From Vicugna vicugna (Eukaryota): 64,000 nucleotides of DNA. Within the stretch, counting starts at the first letter, position 1. The number at the start of each line of letters is the position of its first letter. Position numbers and translations under genes: made by a program. The DNA lies in the NCBI GenBank assembly GCA_013265495.1, contig MU058540.1, positions 2,567,696-2,631,695 of the forward strand. Direction: 5' to 3'. The notes beneath the pieces are model-generated. The model was not told the origin of the DNA and ran no database searches. It worked only from the letters and a program-made list of their open reading frames with translations. Positions 37,201-50,689 of the stretch are shown here, piece after piece.

Positions 37201-40200
37201 AAAATTAGGATCATGATTAAAATACTTTTTAAACATGCACATTCTGATTTCAGGACAACCCGCTTTAAACTGGCCATCCGAACCTTGGGGCTGTCCCAGG
37301 AGCCACTTAGTTCAAAGGTCGTACTGAGTGGCCAAGCCAGCACGGAGGAGGGGACTGAGGGGACCTGACACCAGTATTGGACAGGCTCCTTCTGAGCCTC
37401 GACCACCTTCACATTCACCATTAGATGCTGGATGGCTTGGAGGCATCAGGATCTTGCTCTGTAAGTTTCTGTGTTTTCTGTGTGTCTCTACAAAACTTTT
37501 AAGAGAACACTGGGGTAGAAAATGTCAATTAACATCATAGGGAGGAACCAGAGGAAGAAGCCAAGGAAGGCTGTCACAAATAGGGTCCTGCATGAGAAAG
37601 ACACTGGGTCACCAGCATCAGCCCAGGCTTCCTGCAGTAAGAGCTCGAGACGTGGCAGGGCCACCAGGATTAAAGAAAGGGCTAAATGTTACAACCTTAA
37701 ACTTATGCAGTGTTATATGTCAATCATATCTCAGTAAAGCAGGGGGAGGTGGGGGAGGGCTATATCTGGAGCTTCCTTTTAAGAGAAAAAGACTTTGTTG
37801 GCAAGAATTCATAAAGGAGAAGATGGACATAATGGAGCCCACGGGTTAATGCTGTAAATGGCTTGACCAGGAGACAGTGACTTGCATCATGAACTTGTTA
37901 ATATACTCACTTTATTCCCCATAAACTCTTTACTGTTGACATTAATGTAATCTGGCAAAAAAAAGGACATGGCTGGCTACTTTTCAAACTGTGGGACTCT
38001 GTTTCCTGCTTCTTAAAATTATTTGTGAGGAAGTCTATTTTGACAAATGTTGTTTTCAGTGACCCAACACTTTACAGGAATCTAATTATGTAAAAAGTGG
38101 GTATAAACCCAGAGCCTCCCCTGATGCCAGGTACATAGCAGGTAGTCAATTAATGCTCATGGAAGGAATTGTTGAATAAATCCGTTTATTCCTGGTACCC
38201 AGGTGTTCATCCCAGACCAGGGCCTAATGTGCCTGGAGAAATGAGATATAGCTTAGCCCAGAGCTGAGTGGAGAGTCCAAGGGTCTGGGATCTGAGGTAG
38301 TGGACCCTATCCAAGCCCACAGCCCACTCCTGGCCCCAGCAGTCCCAGTGCTGGATGAGATTTTAACTCCCCCTGCCCCCTCGATAAAGACATAATCCTT
38401 GGGATACACAGCTGTTGGCAACCATTAACACACCAGCAGGCAAATGCCAACATCATAACTGGAAGAAGAGACTTATGACTCCATCCTCTCATTTAAACCT
38501 TTGTGTCTTAGACCCATGAGTGAGATGCGAGACAAGAATAAATGAGGCAACATTAGGAGGCAGCACGCGGAGCAGGGCTGTATGTCCTTGGGCAAGTCAC
38601 TCCCCATCTCTGGCCTCAGCTGCCTTATCTATAAGAGGAGAGGCTGGACAAGTTGATTTCAACGGTCCCTCCCAGTCCAGTTATGTAGTTCTGGGCCAGG
38701 GATGATGAGGAAAGCTGTGGTTCATCCTGGAGCAAAGTCAAGGAGATGGGATAGTCTCAGGGAAAACTTTAGGGGCCAAGGATTTTCCTGCTGGACCTTT
38801 TTGCCAAGGTCCCTGCTTGGCCCTTCTGGTGTGAAATTGTCAAGGGCCCCAGATGGGACTAAGTCAGGACTTCCTTGCTCGTGAGTGGTCACAGCTTTGA
38901 GTTTCCAAATCCTAGAATCCTTATCAGGCTCTCTGCAGTGACTCAAGTCCAGCTTGGGCCCAGCTAGATGGGGGGTGGTTTCCTGACATGCTGGAGGCAA
39001 GAGGCAGAGGTAATTTCCTCCTTCCAAAAAAGAAGATGTGAATCTAGGTTCGGTTTTCAATGAAGTGAAAGCACTCTCTTCCCTTTCCCCCCCAGTTTCC
39101 CGGGGGTCGCAAGGGCAGAGGCTCTGCCCTCATCGGGTCATCCCTGGGCTGGGGAGCTGAAAAGAGAAGCTGAACCTATAGGAAAGGCACTTTCATGCTT
39201 TAGAGCAGCTTTGGGTTTGCAGAGTTTTCTTAGCTCCTTACACAGCTGGCATACACCAAGCACTGCACAAATCCTGTCTTCTTGAAGTTTTCTGGGAATC
39301 CTGTGAGGTCAGGTCGGGAATCACATCCCCTTTTTGCCGATGAGAAACATGAGGCTCCAGAGAGATTGAACAACCTGTCCATGGTCACATGGCAGATGCA
39401 GGTATAGGAGCATAGGAAGCTGGTGGGGGTCGGGAGGTCAGGGGGATCTTCACTGAGTCACAGTCACAGAGTAACCCCAGGACTGAAAACTGAGGGCAAG
39501 GGTGTTGGGCCAGGTGAAATGAACTGTTCAGTGATGATGATGAAGGCAGAGAGGTAGGACCATGACCTCTGCCTAAGAAGTGCTCAATACATTCAGAGGC
39601 ACTAAAAGAAAACAGGTCACAGCACTGGGTTCTGGGGAAACATCCCAGCTCTGTAAGCCTCTGCCTCCATTTCCCCATCTTTAAGCCTCAGAGGGTTGGT
39701 AGGTGAGTTGAATGAAATAAAATATAGGTAGTACCCTTGGCACAAGGCCTGGCACATAGTAGGCACGTAAATGTTAGGTCATTATTATCATTAGTAAGAC
39801 TGACAAAACAGTCATTTTTTCCATTTCATACATCAGCATATTTTCATGAGCATGGCCCTTTTGCAGACGAAGAAAGTTGAGGTTCAGTGAGGGACCTCTG
39901 CTTTCTTCTGTAAATTGAAGGAGTTGGGCTGGATGTTTGCTCAGTGACCAGCTTCCTCTCCTGAGCTGGGCAGGTACTAATGGGGAGGACAGGGAGAGAC
40001 CTCACGCCCTGTGACCCCCAGCCCAGGGCTGCCCTACCTGAAGAACAGTGCCCCCACAATGTCCTGGATGTGAGGCCTCCTGGTTCTCAGCCCTTCCAGG
40101 TCCCTGGGCAGCTTTGAGGTCTGAGACACCAGCTGTGATCCTATGAGTGTAAAACCCTGCTGGGGTTCCCTGCTGCCCTGGGAGGAGAGAGGAGGCCCTG

Positions 40201-40273
40201 TACAGCTAGCTGCCTTCATGGGAGAATCAGTCTCTGCCCTGTTGATACCTGGTGCCCGAAGTCCACCTGCCCT

Positions 40274-40391
40274 TCACTGAGAGACTTCCAATATCTCCTC
40301 CTTGAAATCCACCCTGTCCTGCTCCTGGCCCTCCAGCTGCTCCCTGCTGCTGCCTTTGTCCTGGATGATCTTCCCAGGTGTCTTCAGAAAT
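40274..40391 (-). CDS. ETV7: ETV7 exon 8, coding part (RFLKTPGKIIQDK...EILEVSQ*)
   Basis: Acceptor gaattccag; TGA at 40276-40274; matches human FLKTPGKMVQDK. Confidence 0.92.
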
Positions 40392-40505
40392 CTGGAATTC
40401 AGGTCCCAGCAGCAAATCAGACCCTGCCCCAGCCGCAGAGGGCTTTCCACCCTCTCCCACCCCAGCCCTACTCCTTTTCTGCACCTTGGCCCTTAGGCCA
40501 CTCAC

Positions 40506-40606
40506 CTGAACAGGAGTTTCTGCCCAGGTTCCTTCTTAATGATGTTCAGCTTATAGTAGTGGCGCAGGGCACGTGACATCTTCTCGTAGGTCATGTTCAC
40601 CCGGTT
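40506..40606 (-). CDS. ETV7: ETV7 exon 7, ETS domain C-terminal half ([34 protein letters not shown])
   Basis: Canonical ETS recognition helix; 101 nt; ag/gt boundaries. Confidence 0.96.
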
Positions 40607-42156
40607 CTGGAAGACAGAGCAGCCCCACATTACCCCCGGTTTCCCATCCTGCTTCTTCTAGTCCTTCGTTTTCACACCTGGAAGGGAGCAGGTTGGACTG
40701 GATGGTTTCCTAAGTCACTCAGCCCAAGGTTCTATTAGGACACATGAGAGCTCTCTCATATGTTTGGAAGGAGAAAGGCAGGGGAAGAGCTGGGGGAGAA
40801 ATAATGGGATGGTTCTGCCACCTACCTGGCTGTGACCCATAGGGGGCAGGAATGAAATGCATTGTTGCTTTTAAATAGTGAATAGTGAATCGTCACAAGT
40901 AGTAGCAAATAAATACGTATTTCGTGGGAGAGACAGCGTGGTGGGGTGGCACAAGGGCCTTGCCACCAGCTGTGTGACTTTGACCAAGTCATTTTTTCCT
41001 CTCTGAGGGGGCCAGTGCAGAGTAGGGGCAAAGAGGCTGGGCTTTGGTGTCACTTAAAGCCCCAGCTCCCCCATTTAGCAGCTGTGTGACCCTCGATAAG
41101 TTTCTTTACCTCTCTGAATCTGTTGCCCCAGCTGTAAAATGAAGATAAAAACACCCATCTCACAGATTTGTTGTGAGGATTAAACTAGCTAATCCATGAG
41201 AGCACTTAGCACGGTGCTCTGCACATAGTCTGTGCTCATTAAATGGAATTGCTACTCCCTGGGCCTCAAGTTTCCCTCCCTCCAGATAAGGTTGCCCCGA
41301 CTGTAGTCATTTGCATCTTTCCAGCCAGCAGCACTAGGGAGAAGACACAAAATAGAGTGTGGTCCAGAGCTGGATTCAAGTCTCTGTTCTGCCACTTGCT
41401 GACTGCAAACTCTGACAAGTTGATAAAGCTCTCTGTGCCTCAGTTTCCCCATCTCATAATATCCTCCTCCTGAGGTGGTTGTGAGGATTAAATGAGTTAA
41501 TGTGGGTAAAGCCCTCAGAGCAGTGCTTGGCAATAAGATGCTGTGCCATTTTAGGAAATGAATTTATTTATAGACTAGGACACTGGCTTTATATCACTGC
41601 TGTAAATCATGAGATTGACAAGGCAGTTGAATTTTATAATCGTAATTCTTACTAAAATAAATACTTAGTTCTTCAAATTTGGAGCAAACCACCTAAAATC
41701 CCCTAGCAGGTACCCATGGGCATTCCTCACGTTGGGAATGCTGTCCTCAGTCGTCCCCAGGCCTTTCCAGCCCTGATACCCAATGATCCCACGGGGTGTG
41801 AGACCTGGGTTTGTGTCCTAGCTTCCTCCAGGGACCCAGCATCCTCATCTGGCTTAACAGCATGCGATGTATGATTCATGTAAACGCTCTTTGAAAGCCT
41901 CAACTGCTAAACAAAGGAGGGATTAAGAAATTAGAGGGCAAGATTACTAAATTCCAGAGACAGTCCCCATCTTCAAGAAGTAACTGCCTGTCCCTTGGGA
42001 TCTCTCCAAATAAGAGGATCCCAATACTTCTGGGGCTGCTGGTGAAGCCCGCAATCAGTTGAGGCCTGTCCCCTAGTACTGAGAGATCCACTCTGGCCCG
42101 TGCCCTGTCCTCTTCTGGTTATGTTGAAACCATCCTGCCAGCTGGCTGAGGTTCAC

Positions 42157-42299
42157 CTTGTGATTTCCCCAGAGTCTGGCGAGCCCATTCGGATCCACAA
42201 CTCGGAAGATCTTGGCGTTCTTGTCTTCCCACTTGATGTAGGGCTCGTACCTGGTGTCAGAGAGCAGCTGGTACACGTAATCCCACAGCAGCCGGCAGT
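42157..42299 (-). CDS. ETV7: ETV7 exon 6, ETS domain N-terminal half ([13 protein letters not shown]...ARLWGNHK)
   Basis: ETV6/7-type ETS motif; 143 nt; ag/gt boundaries. Confidence 0.96.
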
Positions 42300-43464
42300 C
42301 TGCAGTAGGGCACAGGGGGTGCAGACAGGGCACTTTCCTGGAGCTATAAGGATACGCATGAGAAAGGCACTCTGGGCTCTTGAAGCTGGGGCCCAGGAGT
42401 GTAGCAGGATGGTCAAGATAATGGTACTAACAGAAGCAGTCACATGTGGGGACTCATTACTCACTGTCTCATTCAATAATCCTAACTCCAGGAGGTGGCT
42501 ACCTTTACCCCCAGGAAGGGGTGAGGAAATGGGCTCAGAGAGGTATGGACATGTCCCAGTCACCAGGCTCCTGAGTGGCAGGCAGAGCAGGGCGTCTAAC
42601 CCAGCTCTGCAGGCACAAAAGCCAATGCCCTTTGCTTGGGGGCAGGTGGCAGGGGTGCTGGCCAGTGGCTGGTGGCCAGAGCCCTGCCTCCAAGTCCCTC
42701 TCTGCCTCTAGCAGAGTCTCCTGGATCTCTGTTAAATCAGGATTGTAGCATTCATCCTATCCTGCCCCCTAGCAGGAGGTTAGGGAAAATCAGATGTGCT
42801 ATTATGGAGGGCAAGTGGCAGAGGGAGCCTGGAAGCAAGATCTTAAGTCCTATCTGGGCTGTCTGGTTGCCAAGCCACAGTTTCCTCATATGGGGTGATA
42901 TGAGAATTAAGTAACATAATAGACTAAAAAACCCTTAGCACAGGCAGTACCTCTGCCTGGTACAGAGTAAAGGTTTAAAGAATGGTAAACATTATATTTA
43001 AAACATTATATTTAAAATAATTGTGTTTCAGTGATTTCCAGTCATTTCCAACCCAGGAGCTAGGATTCTGCTCCCTCTGTGGTGTCTTGGAATAAATGAA
43101 GTGCCTCCCCACCCCCCATGACTAGAAAACACATTTTGGGAAGGCAGGCAGCTTATCTGTCAGTCAGTCTGGCTGCCTGTCTGTTAGTCCTTTAACAGTG
43201 AATGTGGAGAATAGTATCACCTGGTTAGATCTCGGGCCCTAGAACCAGATTGCCTGGATTCACACTTCATTTCTGCTACTTACTGCTGTGTGATCATGGG
43301 AGGGTCACTTAACCTCTCTGTGCCTCATTTTCCTTATCTGTAAAATGGGGCTAATAATTCCAACCTCAAGGGCTGTTGTGGGATTAAATAAAAGCTTTAG
43401 AACCATGCCTGGTACATAGTAAGCACTCAACTATTTAAAAATAAGATTCTTATTAACTAAATAA

Positions 43465-43636
43465 GGGGTGGGGGGTGTAGCTCAAGTGGTAGAGCACATG
43501 CTTAGCGGGTTCGAGGTCCTGGGTTCAATCCCCAGCACCTCCTCCAAAAATAAATAAGTAAACCTAATTACCTCCCCTGGCCAAAAAAATAAAGAAACAA
43601 ACAAATAAATAAAATAAAATAGAATAAAATAAAAAT
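43465..43636 (+). mobile_element. tRNA-derived SINE (Vic-1-like) in ETV7 intron 5
   Basis: A and B boxes, aacctaattacct motif, A-rich tail; TSD-like aaaaataagattct / aaaaataaggttct. Confidence 0.85.
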
Positions 43637-43890
43637 AAAAATAAGGTTCTAAAAAGGAAGGGGAGATACTCCAGTCCAATCTGACTATGACTGGTAAATC
43701 GTCCTTGCCCTGGACACAGGGTAGGTGGGCTTGGTGATCTCGGCAGCACTCACTGCCCGCTGTGGCCAGACTGTGGCCAGCACACAGAATGGTCACCCCA
43801 CACCCTCACCACCAGGCACAGACCCTCTCATCCTCCAGATCAAAACAACCCATCTCTCTCTAGGCCAGGGGAGCACAGCCTCCTACTCAC

Positions 43891-44121
43891 CGGCAATCCT
43901 ACCATCGATGGGGGCCTGGGGCGTCCTGGGGAAGGAGCAGACTCCCTCAGCCCTGCAGCCGAGCTCCGCCTAGTGAGATAAATTGAGGGACTCCTCCCTG
44001 CTGAGGGGCCAGCTGGCTGGGTCAGGGCCATTCCGATGGCTCAAGGAGCTGCCAAGCCCCGGGTCTGGTGGCTGCAGCAGGAGGCCTCTTTTGGGGGTCA
44101 CCTGCAGGGGCCTGATGCTCT
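43891..44121 (-). CDS. ETV7: ETV7 exon 5 (linker), containing an in-frame TAG at 43972-43970
   Basis: 231 nt, phase 1-1; translates ESIRPLQVTPKRGLLLQPPDPG...EESLNLSH*AELGCRAEGVCSFPRTPQAPIDGRIA versus human EESLNLCHCAELGCRTQGVCSFP. Confidence 0.9.
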
Positions 44122-44419
44122 CTGCAAGCAGATGAGAACAGTTCATTCTTTGGGTCCAAAGCGTCCCCTAGTACAGACCCCCTCAGTGACATGCCAGAGC
44201 CCCATGCCGCTGTGCTCCTAGTGTTCTCCCGGGACTCAGGCTGGGGTTAGAAGATCAGGGAGACAGAGGAGGGGGTGGGTGAGGCCAGATAGGTCAGATG
44301 CTAACCCCAGCTCCCAGACAAGTAACTTAGTCTCTCAAACCTGCTCCCTCATCTGTAAAATTGTTCACAAAGCCAAAGGTGGCAGAGCCAGGTCCAGAAC
44401 CCAGGTACCCCCTCCATCC

Positions 44420-45260
44420 ACCCAATAAATATTTGTGGAGGACCTTCTATGAGCCAGGCATTATTCTAAGAATCTTGAGGACACATCACTGAACTCAAAA
44501 AAGCTTCTGCCCTCATGGAGCTTATATTCTACTGGGGTGGGGAAGGGAGACAGATGATTAAAATTAAAAAATGAAATAGAAACAGTATACAATATGGGGG
44601 AGTGAATAAAACACTACAAGGCAAATAGAGAATTCTGGGAAAGGCACAGGTGGATGTTGGTCAGAGAAGGCTTCAACGACATGTTAACATTTGAACAGAC
44701 ACCTGAAGAGGCAGAGGAGTGAGCTGTGTGGGTATGTGGAGAAGAAAATGCCAGGCAGAGGGAACAGCAAGTGCAAAGGTCTGGAGGCAGGGGCATCTCT
44801 GTCTGACTTGTTCAATGAGCAAGGAGGCCAATGTGGCTGGAGCAGTATAAGCAAGAGAGAGAGGAGTGGGAGAGGACAGCAGAGGGTGGGGTAAGGACTG
44901 TGGCTTTAACAGGTGAGATGGGAGCCACTGGAAGATTTTGAGCAGAGAAGTGACATGACCTGACTTATGAAACTCTGGTGGCTCTGTTGGAAATAGATCA
45001 TAGGAGATCAAGGGCAGAAGCAAGGAGGCCAGTGAGGAGGTTCTCCAAAGGTGGCAGGGGCTGGACTCTAGGCAGCAGTACAGGTATGTGAAGTGGTTGG
45101 ATTCTGGGTAGATCTTGAAGATAGAGCCAACAGGATTGGTTTACAGTTGGGATAAGGGTGAGAGAGAAAGAAAGCAATCAAAGATGTCATCCAGCGTTCT
45201 GGCCTAAGCAATTGGAAGCTTGCAGCAGTGAGTAAGGACTGCGAGTGACATGGACAGCCC
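44420..45260. mobile_element. L2-like LINE fragment
   Basis: gaacagcaagtgcaaaggtctggaggcag...gagccactggaagattttgagcagagaagtgacatg motifs. Boundaries approximate. Confidence 0.6.
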
Positions 45261-45584
45261 CGTGTGCAGGTCCCTGGAGACCCTGACAAGAGCGGTTTCC
45301 ATGGAGACATAAGGAGAAGAGACAGAGATGCCACACAAACAACTCTTTGCTGGAAAGGAGAGCAGAGAAGGAGGAGAGGAGAGGCAAGAGGGCCAGAGAG
45401 CCACCACAGCACCAAGGACAGTCCCAGAGGGCAGGAGGTGAGGGCTGGGGAGGCAGGGCAGAGCCAGATGAGGAGCTTGGCCCACACTGCTGCCTCTTTT
45501 ATCACTTTGCCTGGAGGAAGCCCTGCCCTCCTGATGAGGTCCATCTGGGGGAGGGTCTCAGCGCCCCTAGAAGAGCCTCCTCAC

Positions 45585-45710
45585 CTTCCAGGGAGCAGGA
45601 GCAGGGCTGAGTGAGCGCTGTCTGCCTGAAGGCCCCCCCGAAAAATGGCCCACACACCAGGGCTCGCCGCTGGGTCTTGATGAACTGGAGTAGCTCATAC
45701 AGAACGTCAC
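45585..45710 (-). CDS. ETV7: ETV7 exon 4 (GDVLYELLQFIKTQRRALVCGPFFGG...)
   Basis: End of the PNT/SAM domain; 126 nt; ag/gt boundaries. Confidence 0.94.
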
Positions 45711-46054
45711 CTGGGGGTGGGACAGGAGAGCAGGCTGCTGACCAGGCCCGGTGGTCACCTGCCTCTCAGATGAGGCCTGGCATGTGCTGTCACAAGCTTG
45801 GTGCTGATGGAGATGTGAGACCATAGGGTGGAAATGTGGAGGTGAGAGTGAGGGAGCAGGACTGACTCCTGGGGCTCTGAAAAACAACAGCCAACAACAG
45901 ACTCCTTTGCTCTAGCTGGGAACCACCAGGCAAACATGTATGGAAAGAGGGGCGTCTTTGGGGCTGGGAGCATGAGCCTCCCACCAACACCCCCTTCATC
46001 TCCCTCCCGGGGCCCACCTGGGTTTGCATCAAGAAGCCAGTGAGTGTCCCTGAC

Positions 46055-46219
46055 CTGAACCTGGGGCGCGGAGCCGGAAGTCGTCCTTGGTGAGGATGCA
46101 CAGGGCTCGGCCATTCATTTCAAAGCCATGCTCCCCCGTGTGCTGCAGAGAGTACTCCTGCTCGGCCCAGCGCAGCCAGTGCAGCACGTCCTCCCTGCTC
46201 CAGAGCACAGGCTGGATGC
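46055..46219 (-). CDS. ETV7: ETV7 exon 3, PNT/SAM domain (RIQPVLWSREDVLHWLRWAEQEYSL...FEMNGRALCILTKDDFRLRAPGS)
   Basis: Typical TEL-family pointed domain; 165 nt. Confidence 0.96.
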
Positions 46220-47497
46220 CTGCAACCACAAGGATGCAGGCATGGGGGCGGGCACGGGGCTGGGGCCAGGGCTCTCCCCACATCAATCTCTCATCCTCCT
46301 ACTCAGGCCTTTGTTTGAATGTCAGCTCCTCAGAGAAGCCCACCCTGAATGCTTCGGCTGAGCAGATGCTCTCCTGTCCTTCTCCCCACCACCAGTCATT
46401 TTCTCTGTCCTGTTCTTTTCCTTTTGTCACCTTACTTTCTTTGCAGTTATGCCTTACATTTGATATAATTGTATGTTTATCATTATGTATGCATTACGTA
46501 TATATTCACTTATTTTTAGTACCCCCTTTGCCCACCCCCAATGCCCATTTGCCAACTATTCATATAACAAATGTTTAATGTAGACCTACTATGTACCAGG
46601 CACTTGGCTAGGTGTGCTGGGTACAGTGGTGTGTGTATTCAGCACCTAGGACAATGCCTGGACCATAGTAGGTGCTCAGTAAATACATGTTGAATGACTG
46701 ATGAATGACCAAACAGTCCTACGAAAGAAATGTTATTGTCACTGTTTTCCAAATGAGGAAACAGGCTCACAGAAGTTGTGACTAGCTCGAGGTCATTAGG
46801 TATCATGGGGTGCAGCCAGGCCCAGAACCAGGTCTGTCTTGTTGCTGTACTTTTTCACTTTGTTGTGCCAGCTCAGATCTGGGTTTGCTCAGGGGACAAC
46901 CCTGGGGACAGGGGAGGATCCCACACCCCTCTTCATCACAGTTGGCCTTTATTGTACTACATATACACAAAGCCATATAATTGAGATTTGATGGCATTAA
47001 CCTAAGATTGACAAGTACCACTGGAAAAGAAGAGAGGGCCCAGGTGTGTGTGTGGAGTTAATTCAGTGGGACAGGAAAGTTAATGGAAGATATGATAAAA
47101 CCACAGCTGGCTTTCTACCTGGAAAATCTATATTTGGACCCTCACCTCCCATCAGTCACAAAAATCAATTCCAGATGGATTAAAGCCTGATGAATAGAAC
47201 AATAGAAACCCTAATAAAAGTGGTAATAGGACACTGTATGCACTGAACAAGGGTAGCAGAAACCTCAACTGTGACAGGAAACACAAAGGTTGTGATAAAA
47301 ACGAAACACATATTTGACATTAATTTTTGTATATGTGTCAAAAGATACCATAAACAAAACTAAAAGAGGCTGGATTTCAGGGAAACACTTGCATTGCAGA
47401 TGACAGATAAAGGGCTAATGCCTGTCATAGGTCAAAAACATCTCCAAATTGATTTTTTTTAAGAAGACCAAAAAAACTTTACCAGCAGTTCACAATG

Positions 47498-47705
47498 CAG
47501 CAGGATTTCTCAGCCTCAGCACTATCGACCCTTTGAACCTGACAGTCCCTTCCTGTGGGCGCTGTCCTGAGCTTTGTAAGATGTCTGGCAGCATCCCTGG
47601 CCTCTACCCTCTGGATGCCAGCAGCACCCCTCCCCCATTCACAAGTTGTGACAACCAAAAGTATCTGCAGATATTGCCACATGTCCCTGGGGAAGGGGAG
47701 AAAAG
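47498..47705 (+). mobile_element. MER20-like DNA transposon
   Basis: cagcactatcgacc...gcagcatccctggcctctaccctctggatgccagcagcacc...gttgtgacaaccaaaagtatctgcagatattgcca. Confidence 0.7.
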
Positions 47706-48829
47706 CCGCTGCCAGTTGAGCAGCTCTGCGGGAAAGCAGATCCACTAATAAACACGTGGCAGGACACCTCTGTAGTCAGGGAAAGGCACAGAGAAGAATG
47801 AGGTGTCATTTTAATGATAATACCTATACCTGGCACGAATGCAGGGAAGAGGATGCATTGCGGGTGAAAATAGGGATTTAGAGCCTTCGTGGGAGATCAG
47901 CCCGGTGATACAGAAGTGCGACACAAAAAGCTGTATGGTGTCAAACTCGGACACTGCACGATGGTGACATTCAGGAGGCAGCCAGCCAAGACTTCCCGGA
48001 CTCTGGGATCAAATGCCAACTGCATTTTTGTACATGGTTTCCTAATCCATGATATTTGAGCATATCAGCCAGGAAAATTCAAAACTACAATTCCTGAGTC
48101 AGAGGGGTCTGTTTTCCTGAGTTTGGCCAGAGAATGTAGATGGATTCCACACCTCTCTGGCTGTTCTGCCTCCATGAAAACACAAAAACTACACTGAGAG
48201 GGAAAAACCTTGAATTTTGCAGACATAATCAGCCACAGATGTGGTCCTGCTCCCAGGTCCAGAGAGGTGGGCGGGGGACTTCCCAGCTGTCTCTGAAGGA
48301 CCCTGAGGTCACACACAGCCCCCAGTAACACCTGAAACTTCGAAACCTGTCATTTTCCTGAAGTGTAATTCGGTTTTTCTTTCATTTCCTTGTGCTTACT
48401 TCTACTCTCACCCTTCATCCCATTGCAGTCAGTATCTGTAATACAGTGATAAAGAAAAGGGCCTTTTTTTGTTCCTGTGTCTTCAAAGAATGTTAAGGTC
48501 AAAAGGCTTTTCCAATAGGACTTGAACCCCAGGAAAGGACCAGAATCCAAGCACTGGCTCAGCCACTAAGGTTCCATCAAACCAGCAGTGGGTCAAGGCC
48601 CCTCACACCAGTTGCCACTCACTGGATCAGCCACCTAGCTTGGGGCCAAATCTCCAAGCTCAGAGTCCAGGTTCCAGCTCAGCCCCTTACCCGTCAAGTC
48701 ACTTCACAGAAGCCACTCATCCTCTCTTAGCCTCAATTTCCCACTCTGTTAAATGAGATAATAACTCTGCCACTCTGGGCTGCTGGGCTTAGACGTCGTG
48801 GAAAATTTAGACGCCTAGGCCATATACCA

Positions 48830-49345
48830 TACAGACTTTCCACCCCCAAGTAAAGACCTAAGAGACATGGTGAACGCATCCACCAGAAGACATGCATGTT
48901 AGTGTCCACAGCGACTCTGATCACAATAGAAAAGGACTGGAACCATCCCAAAGATCCATCAGCCAGAGAATGGACAATCTGATTGCAGTGTTTCTGTGCA
49001 ATGGAATGCTGGCTGGCAATAAACCAGAAAGTACAAACGACTTCAACTCATAACACGTGAATGAAGCTCAAAGATGCTACACTGAAGGAAGAAGTCAGAT
49101 ACAGAAATACGATCGAGAACAGACAGCGCTAATCTAGGGAGAGAAATCACAGTAGTGGTGGCCCTCTGGAGGAAAACTGACTGGGAAGAGGCACAAGGGA
49201 ACTTTCTGGGGTGTTGGAAATGGCCTAAATCTTGATCTGTGTGGTGGCTACACAGGTGTACACATGCATAAAAACTCGTGGAGCCATACACTTAAGATAT
49301 GTATACTGGACTGTACATAAGTTATACCTCAAAAAAAAAGTAAAA
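48830..49345 (+). mobile_element. Old L1 (L1MB/MC-type) 3' end
   Basis: L1 3'UTR text ending actgtacataagttatacctcaaaaaaaaag. Confidence 0.6.
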
Positions 49346-50689
49346 GTGAAAACATACAACAACAAAAACTACTAATGATGGTGCCAGGCCAGCTGTAAAT
49401 GTTGGGACTTAAATGATTGTCTCAGTTTCCTTGTCTCCAAAGTGAGGTCGATGATAAAAATAGTACCAGTCACACAGGACAGTCATGAGGATCCTATAAG
49501 ATAGTCCATTTTAAGGCCAGTGTCTGGCATGTGGTGTGTGCTTTCTGAGACAAAAAGAGCTTTTAATGTTGGAGGGAACACATGTGAAATGCTTGGCACA
49601 GGGCCTAGCACACCTGGGAGCTCAACTGATGCTGGCGAGTGTTAAGGTGTCAGGTCCCCCAAGATGTCTCTCTAATCTAGTGACAGGTGAGCCTAACCAG
49701 ATCTCCCTTCACCAATCTAACCAAATCTTTGAGGCCTCACTTGCAGACCAGCCCATGGCTTCTCCCTCTCTTGGCAACAACCCACTATATTTTCAGTTTC
49801 TTCACATCAACCATCTTTTTCTCTCAAGATTCCAGGAAGATAACACCTTACTCTCTCTGCTCTGGGGGCCTGCGCACTGGGGATTTCCAGCCTGGCCGGC
49901 TGCCAACTTTTGGACTGATACAAACAGAGCTCCCGGCAGGGACAGCGGCCTGTCCAGGACACAGTGGGAAGGCTCAGGTGTCTCCCTGAGAAGTCAGCAC
50001 TCTGTCGCCCCCATTTCCAGAGCTAATATTGCTTTGCTTGGTAATCACACTCAGCTTTATGGTCATCACCAGTTATGGGAGCAGAGCCAACACATACACA
50101 AGGGCACCATGGTAGGGAGGCCTGGGACAGTGTGGGTGAAACCCAGCCAAGGATTGTCTTGGCTTCTTCCCAAACAAGAGGTCATTTCCATTTGCACAAA
50201 GATGCACACTGTCTAGCCCTGCCCCTGAGTTTGGGGACAGGGAGGCTCTTTGTTCTCAGATTGTTAGTTTGGGGAAACTCCCTTTTGTTTGTTGCTCGCC
50301 ACATTCCCTTTCATTTTCAGGTAACGACATCACTGTCAACACTGCTTCCAGAACATTTACTTCTGGTCTCTACCCTCCCCACTCCACCTCACCTCTCTCT
50401 TTTACACCTGCATCCATCTTACTGCTTCTAATATGCCATGATCTAGAGCAGCATTTCTCAGACCACTCTGACCTCAGTCCACAGTAAAAATTACATTTTA
50501 TGTCATGACACACACCCATGTATATATAAATAGCCAAAACAAGTTAATTATGAAATCACAGCTACTTTGGCTGTTTATGATGTACTCTGATATATCCTGT
50601 TTCATTTTTTAAAAATACTTACCTTCACTCACTAAATTGTTTTCACCTCCTCAGAGAGTCTTGACCAACACTTTGAAAATCATTGTTAG

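Noticed and set aside
42100..42711. 203-aa plus-strand ORF antisense to ETV7 exon 6, and similar antisense ORFs over BNIP5 exons
   Set aside because: Shadow ORFs of GC-rich coding exons with no independent coding signal.
43960..43995. Rescue of the ETV7 stop by using the TAG itself as a splice acceptor, or by programmed readthrough
   Set aside because: Splicing exon 4 (phase 1) to GCG after the TAG shifts the frame, and the context is not the known TGA-CTAG readthrough motif.
49536..50216. 226-aa plus-strand ORF in ETV7 intron 2
   Set aside because: Non-ATG start, overlaps MIR-like sequence, and has no recognisable domain.
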